NCBI GenBank assembly: GCA_031369785.1
Contig: JANMPI010000044.1
Location: 1 to 42,077 of the forward strand
DNA length: 42,077 nucleotides
From: Acidobacteriota bacterium
GTDB taxonomy: Bacteria; Acidobacteriota; Vicinamibacteria; Fen-336
Reading direction: 5' to 3'
In this document: positions 10,272-18,291 of the stretch, piece by piece
Position numbering within the stretch: position 1 is the first letter of the stretch
Layout: each line of letters begins with the position of its first letter
The notes under the pieces: generated by a model
What the model saw: the letters and a program-made list of their open reading frames with translations, nothing else
Databases searched by the model: none
What the model was told of the DNA's origin: nothing
Position numbers and translations under genes: made by a program

Positions 10272-11288
10272 TCAGTCCCGCTCCCGGCGCGCCTCCGAGA
10301 AGAGCCGCGCGTTCCGGAGCGCCACGACCAGGAACTCCGCGATCGTCTCCCCCACCGCGACGTCGTCGAGGTCGAACGCGCGCGGCTGCGAGGTCTGGAA
10401 GTCGATGGCGCCGATGGCTTCGCCGCCGTCGAGCAGGGGAATGACCATCTCGGCGTGCGTGCCGGGCACGTCGGGGTGGTAGTCGGGATCGCGCGAGACG
10501 TCGGCCACCACCTGCGGCGCCTTCTTGCGCAACGCGCGCCCGATCACTCCGCCCGCCGGCCCCTGCGCACGGCCCGCGCTCCGGCGGCCGATTCCCCCGC
10601 GCCCCGCCCAGCGGCCGACCAGCACGCCCTCGTCGTCCAGCACGACCACCGCGACGTACGAATGATTCATCCGCGCCTGGATCGTCTCCGCCGCTTCCTG
10701 CATCAGCCGCTCGGGGTCGAGGATGGCGGCCAGGCGGTGCGCGACGCTCCCGAGGAGTGCGATCTGCTCCGCGCGGTGCTCGCTCTCCGCCTCGGACTTC
10801 CGCAGGGCCTCGTTGGAGCGGGCCAGGGCGCGCGCCTTGTCCGCCGCCTGCGCGGCCTGGTCCTGCGCGTCGGCCAGCCGCCGCACGAGCTCCGCCTCCT
10901 GTGCGCGCAGGAAGACCTCGAGGCGGTGATCGAACAGCTCGTGCAGCGCAGTGAGCGCCTCCGCGAGCGCCTGCGGATCGGGCGCCGTCTCGATGAGCGT
11001 GGGAACGCAAGCGCGATAGAACGCGCCCACCGCCATCAGCACGATCGGCAAACTGTTGAGCGACGCCGCGGCGTCCTTCTCGTCGTCCGCCTTCAGCCGC
11101 GCCAGCTCTCCGGTCTCGAGGCGCGCCAGCAGCGTGTCCACGTTCTTGCCGGCGTACGTGCGCAGGTCCGGCGCGATGCCCGGCGCGACCTCGGCCAGCT
11201 CGCGCGTCCACGCGTCGACCAGCCGGTCCCGGTGCGGCTTCAGCTGCGCGGCGGCCTTCTGGAGGGCGAGCGCGAGGGGGGTCGTCAT
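10272..11288 (-). CDS. GAF-domain protein with an N-terminal helical domain and coiled coil, no recognisable output domain
   Basis: C-terminal part of ORF 10272..11456. Start at ATG 11288 (MTTPLALALQKAAAQL...), which overlaps the ubiE stop as ATGA. The GAF-like C-terminus reads AAILDPERLMQEAAETIQARMNHSYVAVVVLDDEG...AEMVIPLLDGGEAIGAIDFQ. Confidence 0.7.
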   Translation of the reverse strand: MTTPLALALQKAAAQLKPHRDRLVDAWTRELAEVAPGIAPDLRTYAGKNVDTLLARLETGELARLKADDEKDAAASLNSLPIVLMAVGAFYRACVPTLIETAPDPQALAEALTALHELFDHRLEVFLRAQEAELVRRLADAQDQAAQAADKARALARSNEALRKSEAESEHRAEQIALLGSVAHRLAAILDPERLMQEAAETIQARMNHSYVAVVVLDDEGVLVGRWAGRGGIGRRSAGRAQGPAGGVIGRALRKKAPQVVADVSRDPDYHPDVPGTHAEMVIPLLDGGEAIGAIDFQTSQPRAFDLDDVAVGETIAEFLVVALRNARLFSEARRERD

Positions 11289-11992
11289 CCGTGTCTCTCT
11301 CCGATGTAAAGGTGGGCGATGCCCCCCGTCAAGCGCTCCCACCGCACGGCGGAGAACCCGGCCGCGGTCATCAGGGCGCCGAACTGCTCCGGGCGCGCGA
11401 AGCGCTCGACCGACGCCGGGAGGTACGCGTAGGCGCCGGCATCGCCGCTCACCCATCCGCCGATCCGCGGCAGCACACGTGTGAAATACAGCCGGTAGGC
11501 GCCGCCGAAGGTCCCGCGCGGCATCGAGAACTCGAGGACCGCGATCCGCCCGCCCGGACGGAGCACGCGGTGCATCTCGCGGAGCGCGGCCGGTGCATCG
11601 CCGACGTTCCGGATGCCGAAGGCGACGGTCACCGCATCGAAGCCCCCGTCCCGCAGGGGGAGCCGTTCCGCGTCCCCGGCCGCGAGGACGCCGCGCAGGC
11701 CGCCACGCGCGAGCTTGGCCGCCGCGCGCGACAGCATCTCCGTGGACAGGTCGATCCCGACGCCGCGCCGCCCCGCCGGATCGCGCCGCAGGAACTCGAT
11801 CAACAGGTCGCCGGTCCCCGAGCAGACGTCGAGCGCCTCCGTCCCGCCCACGGCGTCGATGCAGCGGCGGCGCCAGCGGACGTCGATCCCCGCGGACAGG
11901 ACGCGGTTCAACAGGTCGTAGCGCGGGGCGATGCGGTCGAACATCGTTCGCACCGCGGCCTTCTCCGGCGCGCCGGGAGTAGGTGCGCTCAC
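11285..11992 (-). CDS. ubiE: demethylmenaquinone/ubiquinone C-methyltransferase
   Basis: C-terminal part of the fused ORF 11285..12934. Contains MFDRIAPRYDLLNRVLSAG, SAM motif LDVCSGTGD, FGIRNV and LRPGGRIAVLEFS. GTG 11992 overlaps the upstream stop (GTGA). ATG 11944 is the alternative start. Confidence 0.85.
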   Translation of the reverse strand: MSAPTPGAPEKAAVRTMFDRIAPRYDLLNRVLSAGIDVRWRRRCIDAVGGTEALDVCSGTGDLLIEFLRRDPAGRRGVGIDLSTEMLSRAAAKLARGGLRGVLAAGDAERLPLRDGGFDAVTVAFGIRNVGDAPAALREMHRVLRPGGRIAVLEFSMPRGTFGGAYRLYFTRVLPRIGGWVSGDAGAYAYLPASVERFARPEQFGALMTAAGFSAVRWERLTGGIAHLYIGERHG

Positions 11993-12855
11993 CGCGCGGC
12001 GGCGATGGCGCCGAGCGTCACCGCCAGGTATCCGACGCTCACCCACCCGTTCAGGGTGAAGAAGGCGGCGTCCACCCGCGAGAGATCGTCCGCCTTCACG
12101 AGCGAGTGCTCGTAGGCGAGGAGGACGGCGATCAGGGCGACGCCGAACAGATACCCACGATGGAGGCCGGCCAGCGGCTGCACGGCGGCCAGAAAGACGA
12201 TGGCGGCGACGTGGAGCGCGCGCGCGGCGAGAAGCGCGCGGCGGACGCCGATCCGCGCGGGCAGCGAGTGAAGCCCGGCCGCGCGGTCGAACTCCGCATC
12301 CTGGCAGGAGTAGATGGTGTCGAACCCGGCCACCCAGGCCAGGACCGCGAGGCCGAGGACGACGGCGACGGGCGAGAAGGCTCCGCGAATGGCCAGCCAC
12401 GCGCCGACGGGTGCGATGGCCAGCGCGAGGCCGAGCACGACGTGGGACAGCATCGTGAAGCGCTTGGTGTACGAGTAGCCGAGGACGATGGCGAGCGCTA
12501 CCGGCGAGAGCGCGAGGCACAGCGGACCCAGCATCGCCGATGCCACGACCAAGGCCATGGCGGACAGGAGCACGAGCACCCACACCTCGCGGCGGGCGAG
12601 GACGCCGCGGGGCAGCTCGCGGGCGGCGGTGCGCGGGTTCCGGGCGTCGATCTCGTGATCGGCCAGGCGGTTGAAACCCATGGCCGCGCTGCGGGCGCCC
12701 ACCATCGCGAGCACGATCCACCCCACCTGCGGCCAGCGGTAGCCCTCGCGGGCGGCGAGGGCGGCGGAGGCGAGCGCGAACGGCAGCGCGAACACCGAGT
12801 GCGAGAACTTGATCATCCGGCCGTAGGTGACGGTGCGCCCGAGGACCGCGCTCAT
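11989..12855 (-). CDS. mqnP: UbiA-family aromatic prenyltransferase, probable 1,4-dihydroxy-6-naphthoate prenyltransferase
   Basis: C-terminal 288 aa of ORF 11989..13383. Polytopic membrane protein with Asp-rich motifs NRLADHEIDARNPRT and DTIYSCQDAEFD. ATG 12855 overlaps the upstream stop (ATGA). The mqn operon context supports the mqnP call. Confidence 0.75.
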   Translation of the reverse strand: MSAVLGRTVTYGRMIKFSHSVFALPFALASAALAAREGYRWPQVGWIVLAMVGARSAAMGFNRLADHEIDARNPRTAARELPRGVLARREVWVLVLLSAMALVVASAMLGPLCLALSPVALAIVLGYSYTKRFTMLSHVVLGLALAIAPVGAWLAIRGAFSPVAVVLGLAVLAWVAGFDTIYSCQDAEFDRAAGLHSLPARIGVRRALLAARALHVAAIVFLAAVQPLAGLHRGYLFGVALIAVLLAYEHSLVKADDLSRVDAAFFTLNGWVSVGYLAVTLGAIAAAR

Positions 12856-14033
12856 ACCGCGATCGTCCGCAAGCGCGCCTGGCCCGAGAGGACGTACGCC
12901 TCCGGATCCGGGACGAGGCGCGCGGACGGGGCATAGGCGAGCGCCGCCGTCATCCCGGGCGCGATGGCGCCGAGGTCCGGCATCCCGAGAGCACGCGCGC
13001 CGTTGGCGGTCGCCATGCGCAGCAGCGTGCCCGGCGCCACGATGGGAAACGCGCGATGGAGCGCCACCACGTCGTCGAGGACGTCGAGCGTCGGAGCGCT
13101 GGCGAGGCTGTCCGTGCCCACGCACACGTCGACGCCGGCTTCGAGCAGCTCCGGCAACGCCGCCATCCCGACGCCGAGGTTCGCGTTGCTGCGCGGACAG
13201 AGGACGACGTGCACGCCGCGGTCGGCGAGGAGCGCGTGGTCGGCGCCGCCCGCCTGCACGCAGTGGGCGGCGATCAATCCCGGATGGAGCGCGCCCCTGG
13301 CGGCCGCGTAGGCGACGGGGCTGAGCCCCGGCGGCTCGAAGGCGACGTGGGCCAGGCCCCTCCGCGCGAGAAAGGCGCCCCACGCGCCGTTGCCGTCGCG
13401 CAGGAATGCGACCTCGTCGGGCGACTCGGCCAGATGCATCGCCGCCGGACCGCCGCCGGCCACCATCAGCTCCATCAAGCGTGGCGAAACGGAGTGCGGG
13501 GCGTGCGCAGCCAGTCGGATGGAAACGCGGCCCGGCGCGTCATGGGCCGCGATGCGCGCGAGCCCACCCTCGAAGATGGCCATCGCGCCGTCCGGGTCCC
13601 AGCCGAGGAGCTCGTGCAGGACGAGGGCGCGCAACCCCGAGGCGCGGAGCGCGGGGAGGTGCCCGAGCGTGTTGGAGACGTCCCCCACCGCGGCGGTGCC
13701 GCCGCGCGCGAGATGGAGGATGGCCGCCCTTGCCGCGGCCTGGACTTCCTCGTCGGGCACCGTTCCCCGGGCGGCCACCACGGACTCGATCCACGGCACG
13801 AACCCGCCGGCGGACGGCGTCTTCCCCTCGAGGTACGACAGCTCGAGGTGGCAGTGCGCATTCACGAGCCCGGGCATGAGGACGCCCCGGCCGAGCTCGC
13901 GCAGCGGCCCCGGGGGCATCGCGGGGTCTCCCGCGGCGCCGACCCAGGTCACGCGGCCGGCTTCGACCGCGACCCGCCCGTCACGGATCGGCGGCAGTCC
14001 GATGGGCAGCACCCAGCCCGCGGCGAGGATCAT
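12852..14033 (-). CDS. amidohydrolase-superfamily deaminase, candidate aminodeoxyfutalosine deaminase
   Basis: C-terminal 393 aa of ORF 12852..14420, from ATG 14033 (MILAAGWVLPIG...). Metal ligands LVNAHCHLELS, ...AHAPH... and VCVGTDSLAS, as in cytosine/SAH/MTA-deaminase-like enzymes. Embedded in the mqn operon. The fold call is solid. The substrate is inferred from context. Confidence 0.65.
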   Translation of the reverse strand: MILAAGWVLPIGLPPIRDGRVAVEAGRVTWVGAAGDPAMPPGPLRELGRGVLMPGLVNAHCHLELSYLEGKTPSAGGFVPWIESVVAARGTVPDEEVQAAARAAILHLARGGTAAVGDVSNTLGHLPALRASGLRALVLHELLGWDPDGAMAIFEGGLARIAAHDAPGRVSIRLAAHAPHSVSPRLMELMVAGGGPAAMHLAESPDEVAFLRDGNGAWGAFLARRGLAHVAFEPPGLSPVAYAAARGALHPGLIAAHCVQAGGADHALLADRGVHVVLCPRSNANLGVGMAALPELLEAGVDVCVGTDSLASAPTLDVLDDVVALHRAFPIVAPGTLLRMATANGARALGMPDLGAIAPGMTAALAYAPSARLVPDPEAYVLSGQARLRTIAV

Positions 14034-14707
14034 CACCGATCGATCACGACCGCGTCGGACACCACGAGGCCGGACACGACGCGGCCACGCGGGCGCGGGA
14101 GCAGGGTGAGGGCCACGAGATAGACGAGCACGACGAAGAACGCGACGTACCCCGTCACCGGCGCGAACGGCGCGTGCTGCAGCGTGCCGAGCGCGACGCC
14201 TTCGAGGAGCGCGGTCAACGCGCGCCGCATCATGCCGCCCTCGGGATCGTAGAGGGAGGCGAGGGCCACGTATTTCAGGAGGAACGCCGACCCGAAGATG
14301 ACGAACAGGCTGTGGAGCAGCCGCAGGCGATCGGGGGCGGCGGCGAGCGTGTTCCACAGGAGCACGGTCATGAACGTGTAGTACAGCACGTGGAGGAGGC
14401 CCGACTCCGGGGCGAGGCACTGGACGACCTGCGCCGAGGCCAGAAAAAGAGAGACCAGCACGACCGCGCCGGACGCATTCTCGAGGCCGGTGCGGTCGTC
14501 GCCCACCAGCGCTCCCGCAGTCAGCAGACCCGCCCGCGCCATGACACCCATCAACAGCACGGCGAGGACGAGCGCCATCAGCGGCGGCGCCACGAACTGC
14601 ATCCCGTTCCCCTCCGCCGGCACGCGGAAGCCTCCGGCGGCGGCGACGCTCAGGAACAGGATCGGGAGCGTGAACGACTCGCGCAGGGCATCGGGACGCG
14701 CGCTCAC
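14033..14707 (-). CDS. hypothetical polytopic membrane protein (about 6 TM by eye)
   Basis: C-terminal part of ORF 14033..16174. GTG 14707 overlaps the upstream stop (GTGA). ATG 14602 is the alternative start. Hydrophobic segments include FTLPILFLSVAAAGGF, PPLMALVLAVLLMGVMA, AVVLVSLFLASAQVV, LHVLYYTFMTVLLW, LFVIFGSAFLLKYVAL and GYVAFFVVLVYLVALTLL. No family recognised. Confidence 0.55.
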   Translation of the reverse strand: MSARPDALRESFTLPILFLSVAAAGGFRVPAEGNGMQFVAPPLMALVLAVLLMGVMARAGLLTAGALVGDDRTGLENASGAVVLVSLFLASAQVVQCLAPESGLLHVLYYTFMTVLLWNTLAAAPDRLRLLHSLFVIFGSAFLLKYVALASLYDPEGGMMRRALTALLEGVALGTLQHAPFAPVTGYVAFFVVLVYLVALTLLPRPRGRVVSGLVVSDAVVIDR

Positions 14708-15213
14708 TTGCGCTTCTCCAGCAGGCGCATCGGGTTGAGGTCGGACGGATCCTTCTTCAGGCCGCGCGCGAGCTCGGCCCGCAGCTCGTCGGCGGTGCGC
14801 ATGTCGACGGACGGATCGCCGACGTCGAGCCGGTGGTCGGGCGCCACCGCGATCGCACGCTCCACCGCCTCCAGCCCCTTCGCGAACAACGCGTCGTCGT
14901 TGTACATCCGACCCCAGCCCTGCCGGTAGTAGCTGTACGCCACGTAGAACTGCGTCGTCGGATCCTGCCGCGCGGGATCGGCGCGGGCGAGGGCGCTTCG
15001 CGCCTCTTCGAACTGCTCGTTGCGGAAGAACTGCAGCCCCTGGTTGAAGGCGGGGCGATCGACGGCGTAGGCGCCGACGCTTGCCGCCATTCCGCCGGTG
15101 AGCTGGGCCATCGTTCGCGGCTGCGCCGCATACACCCAGGTGATGAGCGCGGCGTAGAGCACCGCCACCAGCAGGCCGGCCCCGCGCACCGCGGCGTCCT
15201 TCACGCGGGCCAT
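14704..15213 (-). CDS. hypothetical membrane-anchored protein with a TPR-like helical domain
   Basis: ORF 14704..15213. N-terminal TM (GAGLLVAVLYAALITWVYA) followed by helical-repeat-like FNQGLQFFRNEQFEEARSALARA...QFYVAYSYYRQG...ALFAKGLEAVERAIAVAP. No family recognised. Confidence 0.6.
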   Translation of the reverse strand: MARVKDAAVRGAGLLVAVLYAALITWVYAAQPRTMAQLTGGMAASVGAYAVDRPAFNQGLQFFRNEQFEEARSALARADPARQDPTTQFYVAYSYYRQGWGRMYNDDALFAKGLEAVERAIAVAPDHRLDVGDPSVDMRTADELRAELARGLKKDPSDLNPMRLLEKRK

Positions 15214-15228
15214 TGTAGGCCGCGGAGG

Positions 15229-16365
15229 CTAGCGCGCAGCGCTGGTGGGCTGGGCTTCCGCGTCCGCGGGGACCTCCGCCGCGGGATGCGTCCAGCAGTA
15301 CGGGTCGCCGACGATCTCGTAGTGCATCGTCCGGCGCTTGGGCACGAAGCCCGCATCCTGGATGTTGCGCGCGATCTCCGCCTCGGTCAGCCGGAAGTGC
15401 GCGCCGGCGGCGGAGACGACGTTCTCCTCGATCATCAGGCTGCCGAAATCGTTGGCCCCGAAGCGCAGCGACACCTGCCCGATCTTGCCGCCCTGGGTGA
15501 CCCACGACGCCTGCACGCTCGGGAAGTTGTCGAGCATGATCCGCGAGACGGCGAGCGTGCGCAGGTACTGGAAGGACGTGAGCTCGTCGCCCGCCATCGC
15601 GGTGTTGGTGGGCTGGAACGTCCACGCGATGAACGCGGTGAACCCGTGCGTGCGGTCCTGCAGGTCGCGCAGGTGGATGAGGTGGTCGACCCGCTCCGCC
15701 AGCGTCTCGACGTGGCCGAACATCATCGTGGCCGTGGTCTTCAGGCCGAGCCCGTGCGCGACCTCCATCACCTCCAGCCAGTCGCCCGTCGTGCCCTTCG
15801 CGATCCCGATGACGTTGCGGACACGGTCCGACAACACCTCCGCCCCGCCGCCGGGGATGGAGTCGAGCCCGGCGCCGATCAGCCGCCGCACCGTCTCCTC
15901 CGTGGTCAGGGACGACACGCGCGCGATGTGCTTCACCTCCGCCGGCGAGAGCCCGTGGATCCAGATCGGATACGTGGCCTTGATCCAGCGGAACAGCTCC
16001 TCGTAGAACTCGATTCCGAGGTCGGGGTGCAGCCCGCCCTGCAGGAGGATCTGGTTGCCGCCGAGGGCCAGCGTCTCCTCGATCTTGGAGGCCAGCTGCT
16101 CCTTGCTGAGCAGGTAGCCTTCCTTCGAAGGCAAGTCGCGGTAGAACGCGCAGAACGCGCACTGCGCGACGCACACGTTCGTGTAGTTGATGTTGCGGTC
16201 GATGATGTAGGTGACGACGTTTTCGGGGTGCAGGCGCTGGCGGACGGCGTCGGCGAGCATCCCCAGCTCGAGCAGCGACGCGTCCTTGATGAGGGTCACG
16301 CCCTCGTCGCGGGAGAGCCGCTCTCCGCCGAGGACCTTCCTCTCGATCGACTCAGGAACCGCCAT
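15229..16365 (-). CDS. mqnC: radical SAM enzyme, probable cyclic dehypoxanthine futalosine synthase
   Basis: ORF 15229..16365. Contains NINYTNVCVAQCAFCAFY (CxxxCxxC), LLQGGLHPD, IPGGGAEV, ATMMFGHVET, FTAFIAWTFQP, ASWVTQG and LMIEENVVSAAG. The last three motifs are what I recall as MqnC/CofH-like rather than MqnE-like. The mqnC versus mqnE assignment is from memory of family signatures. Confidence 0.75.
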   Translation of the reverse strand: MAVPESIERKVLGGERLSRDEGVTLIKDASLLELGMLADAVRQRLHPENVVTYIIDRNINYTNVCVAQCAFCAFYRDLPSKEGYLLSKEQLASKIEETLALGGNQILLQGGLHPDLGIEFYEELFRWIKATYPIWIHGLSPAEVKHIARVSSLTTEETVRRLIGAGLDSIPGGGAEVLSDRVRNVIGIAKGTTGDWLEVMEVAHGLGLKTTATMMFGHVETLAERVDHLIHLRDLQDRTHGFTAFIAWTFQPTNTAMAGDELTSFQYLRTLAVSRIMLDNFPSVQASWVTQGGKIGQVSLRFGANDFGSLMIEENVVSAAGAHFRLTEAEIARNIQDAGFVPKRRTMHYEIVGDPYCWTHPAAEVPADAEAQPTSAAR

Positions 16366-17137
16366 GGAACCTCAGCTCGGGGACCGCGGGGATGAGCCCC
16401 TGCCGTTGGGCCCGCCGGTAGAACTCGGACAGGCCGAGAAGTTCGGCCGGCCCCAGCGCATAAGCGATATTCGAACGCAGGTAGCTCTCGTTCAGGGCCG
16501 CGCGATCCGGGCCATGGCCATTGTACGACACCGCGATTCGCGGCAGATCCGCGAGCCCGGAGCGCAGCGCGGCCTGCAGTCGGGCCACGTGAGCCCCGGT
16601 CAGCGCGCCCAGCGGGCCCGCCCAGAAGGCGAAGACGAACGGCAGCCCGGTGAGCATCTGCCAGCCTTCGCCGAGGTCGAGCCGCTCGGCGTCGGTGTCC
16701 GCGTAGAGCGCGGGATCGCCGATGACGAGGGCGGCGTCGGCATCCGCCAGCATGCGGTCGAGGCTCGGCGGGCGATCCACGTACTCGGGATCGCGGCCGA
16801 GGCGCTCCCGCAGCAGGATGCGCGCCAGGGCCACGCTGGTGCGGCTGCTCGTATCGAGCGCCACGCGGCGGACCTGGTCCAGCTTGCCGCGCAGGTAGAG
16901 GTTCACCGAGCGCACGGGACCGCGGCTGCCGATGGCGATGCCGGGGACGATGGCGTAGGCGCCGCGCGCGTACTCGATGGACGGGATCATCCCGATGTCG
17001 ATCGCGCCCGCGTGCAGGCGCTCGGCGATCTTCGACGGGACGTCCGCGGTGAGCGCGAAGGCGGGATCGCCGGCGAGGCCGTGCACGAGGGGCGCGGCGT
17101 TCAGGAAGGAGACCGCGCCGAGGCGGACCGGGGTCAC
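16352..17137 (-). CDS. mqnA: chorismate dehydratase (futalosine pathway step 1)
   Basis: C-terminal 261 aa of ORF 16352..17863. GTG 17137 overlaps the mqnE stop (GTGA). Contains VRLGAVSFLNAAPLVHGL, IDIGMIPSIEY and PFVFAFWA. It lacks the SPCPND signature I associate with MqnD. Confidence 0.8.
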   Translation of the reverse strand: MTPVRLGAVSFLNAAPLVHGLAGDPAFALTADVPSKIAERLHAGAIDIGMIPSIEYARGAYAIVPGIAIGSRGPVRSVNLYLRGKLDQVRRVALDTSSRTSVALARILLRERLGRDPEYVDRPPSLDRMLADADAALVIGDPALYADTDAERLDLGEGWQMLTGLPFVFAFWAGPLGALTGAHVARLQAALRSGLADLPRIAVSYNGHGPDRAALNESYLRSNIAYALGPAELLGLSEFYRRAQRQGLIPAVPELRFHGGS

Positions 17138-18240
17138 CACTCCTTGACGGTGTTGAAGACGGTGTCGCGCTCGACGGGCTTGCGGCCCGCTTCGCGGATC
17201 AGGCGGACCAGCTCGTGCACGGTCATCGACTGCGCGGTGGGGGCGCCGGCGTCGTGCGCGATCTTCTCTTCCGTGACCGTTCCGTCGATGTCGTCCGCGC
17301 CGAAGCTGAGGCCGACCTGGGCCAGCCGCGGCCCGATCATGATCCAGTACGACTTGATGTGCGGCACGTTGTCGAGCATCAGCCGCGAGACCGCGATCGT
17401 CTTCAGATCGTCGAAGCCGGTGGTCTCGGGCAGGCTCATGGCCGGCGCTTCCCAGGGTTGGAAGGCGAGGGGGATGAAGGTCATGAACCCGCCGGTCTCG
17501 TCCTGCAGCTCGCGAATCCTGATCATGTGATCGACGCGGTCCTCCGCGGACTCGATGTGCCCGTAGAGCATCGTCGCGTTGGTCGGAATCCCCTGCCGGT
17601 GCGCTTCGCGCATCACGTCCAGCCATTGCGGCCCATCGGCCTTGCCGCGGACGATCTTGTCCCGCGTCTCCTTCGCGAAGATCTCCGCGCCGCCGCCGGG
17701 TAGCGAGTCGAGGCCCGCGTCCTTCAGCTCCGAAAGGACCTGGGCCACGCTCATCCGGTACAGGCGATGGAAGAAGAAGATCTCCACCGCGGTGAAGGCC
17801 TTGACGTGGATGTCCGGCCGGACCTGCTTGATGCCCTTCACCATGTCGATGAAGTACGACCACGGCAGGTCGGGGTGAAGGCCGCCGACGATGTGGACTT
17901 CGCGCACGGCCGCCGGCAGCGCCCGGACGTTGGCGAAGATGTCGGGCAGCCCCATGGTGTAGGCGCGCGGCTCGCCCTTTTTGGCGGCGAAGGCGCAGAA
18001 GTCGCAGGTGGCCGCGCAGACGTTGGTGTGGTTGATGTGCGTGTTCCAGACGAAGTACGCCGCGTCCCCGTGCATGCGCTCGCGGACGATGTTGGCCAGG
18101 TGGCCGATGGCCAGCAGGTCGTGGCTCTTGAAGAGCGTCACGCCGTCCTCGAACGAAAGCCGCCGGCCGGCCAGGACCTTGTCCTTGATGGCGGCGAGGC
18201 CGGTGCCGGTGAACCGCGCGTCGACGAGTGCTGTGGCCAT
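17134..18240 (-). CDS. mqnE: radical SAM enzyme, probable aminofutalosine synthase
   Basis: C-terminal 368 aa of ORF 17134..20130, from ATG 18240 preceded by GGAGA. Contains INHTNVCAATCDFCAF, HIVGGLHPD, IHVKAFTAVEI, LPGGGAEIF, ATMLYGHIES, FMTFIPLAF, HIKSYW and DGTVTEEKIAHDAG. The remaining 630 aa of that ORF are antisense to the UbiD-like gene. Confidence 0.75.
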   Translation of the reverse strand: MATALVDARFTGTGLAAIKDKVLAGRRLSFEDGVTLFKSHDLLAIGHLANIVRERMHGDAAYFVWNTHINHTNVCAATCDFCAFAAKKGEPRAYTMGLPDIFANVRALPAAVREVHIVGGLHPDLPWSYFIDMVKGIKQVRPDIHVKAFTAVEIFFFHRLYRMSVAQVLSELKDAGLDSLPGGGAEIFAKETRDKIVRGKADGPQWLDVMREAHRQGIPTNATMLYGHIESAEDRVDHMIRIRELQDETGGFMTFIPLAFQPWEAPAMSLPETTGFDDLKTIAVSRLMLDNVPHIKSYWIMIGPRLAQVGLSFGADDIDGTVTEEKIAHDAGAPTAQSMTVHELVRLIREAGRKPVERDTVFNTVKEW

Positions 18241-18291
18241 GACTCTCCGTGTTGGGTGCGGCCGAACGCCTAGGTTAGCATCATCTCCCCC

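Noticed and set aside
11993-12934. Long N-terminal extensions of fused ORFs such as 11285..12934, 11989..13383, 12852..14420, 14033..16174, 16352..17863, 23869..25155, 29286..30554, 29849..30721 and 31472..34294.
   Set aside because: Each extension overlaps the upstream gene in another frame and is Arg/Pro-rich nonsense. In every case an internal ATG or GTG sits exactly at a 1-14 nt overlap with the upstream stop and yields a protein of family-typical length.
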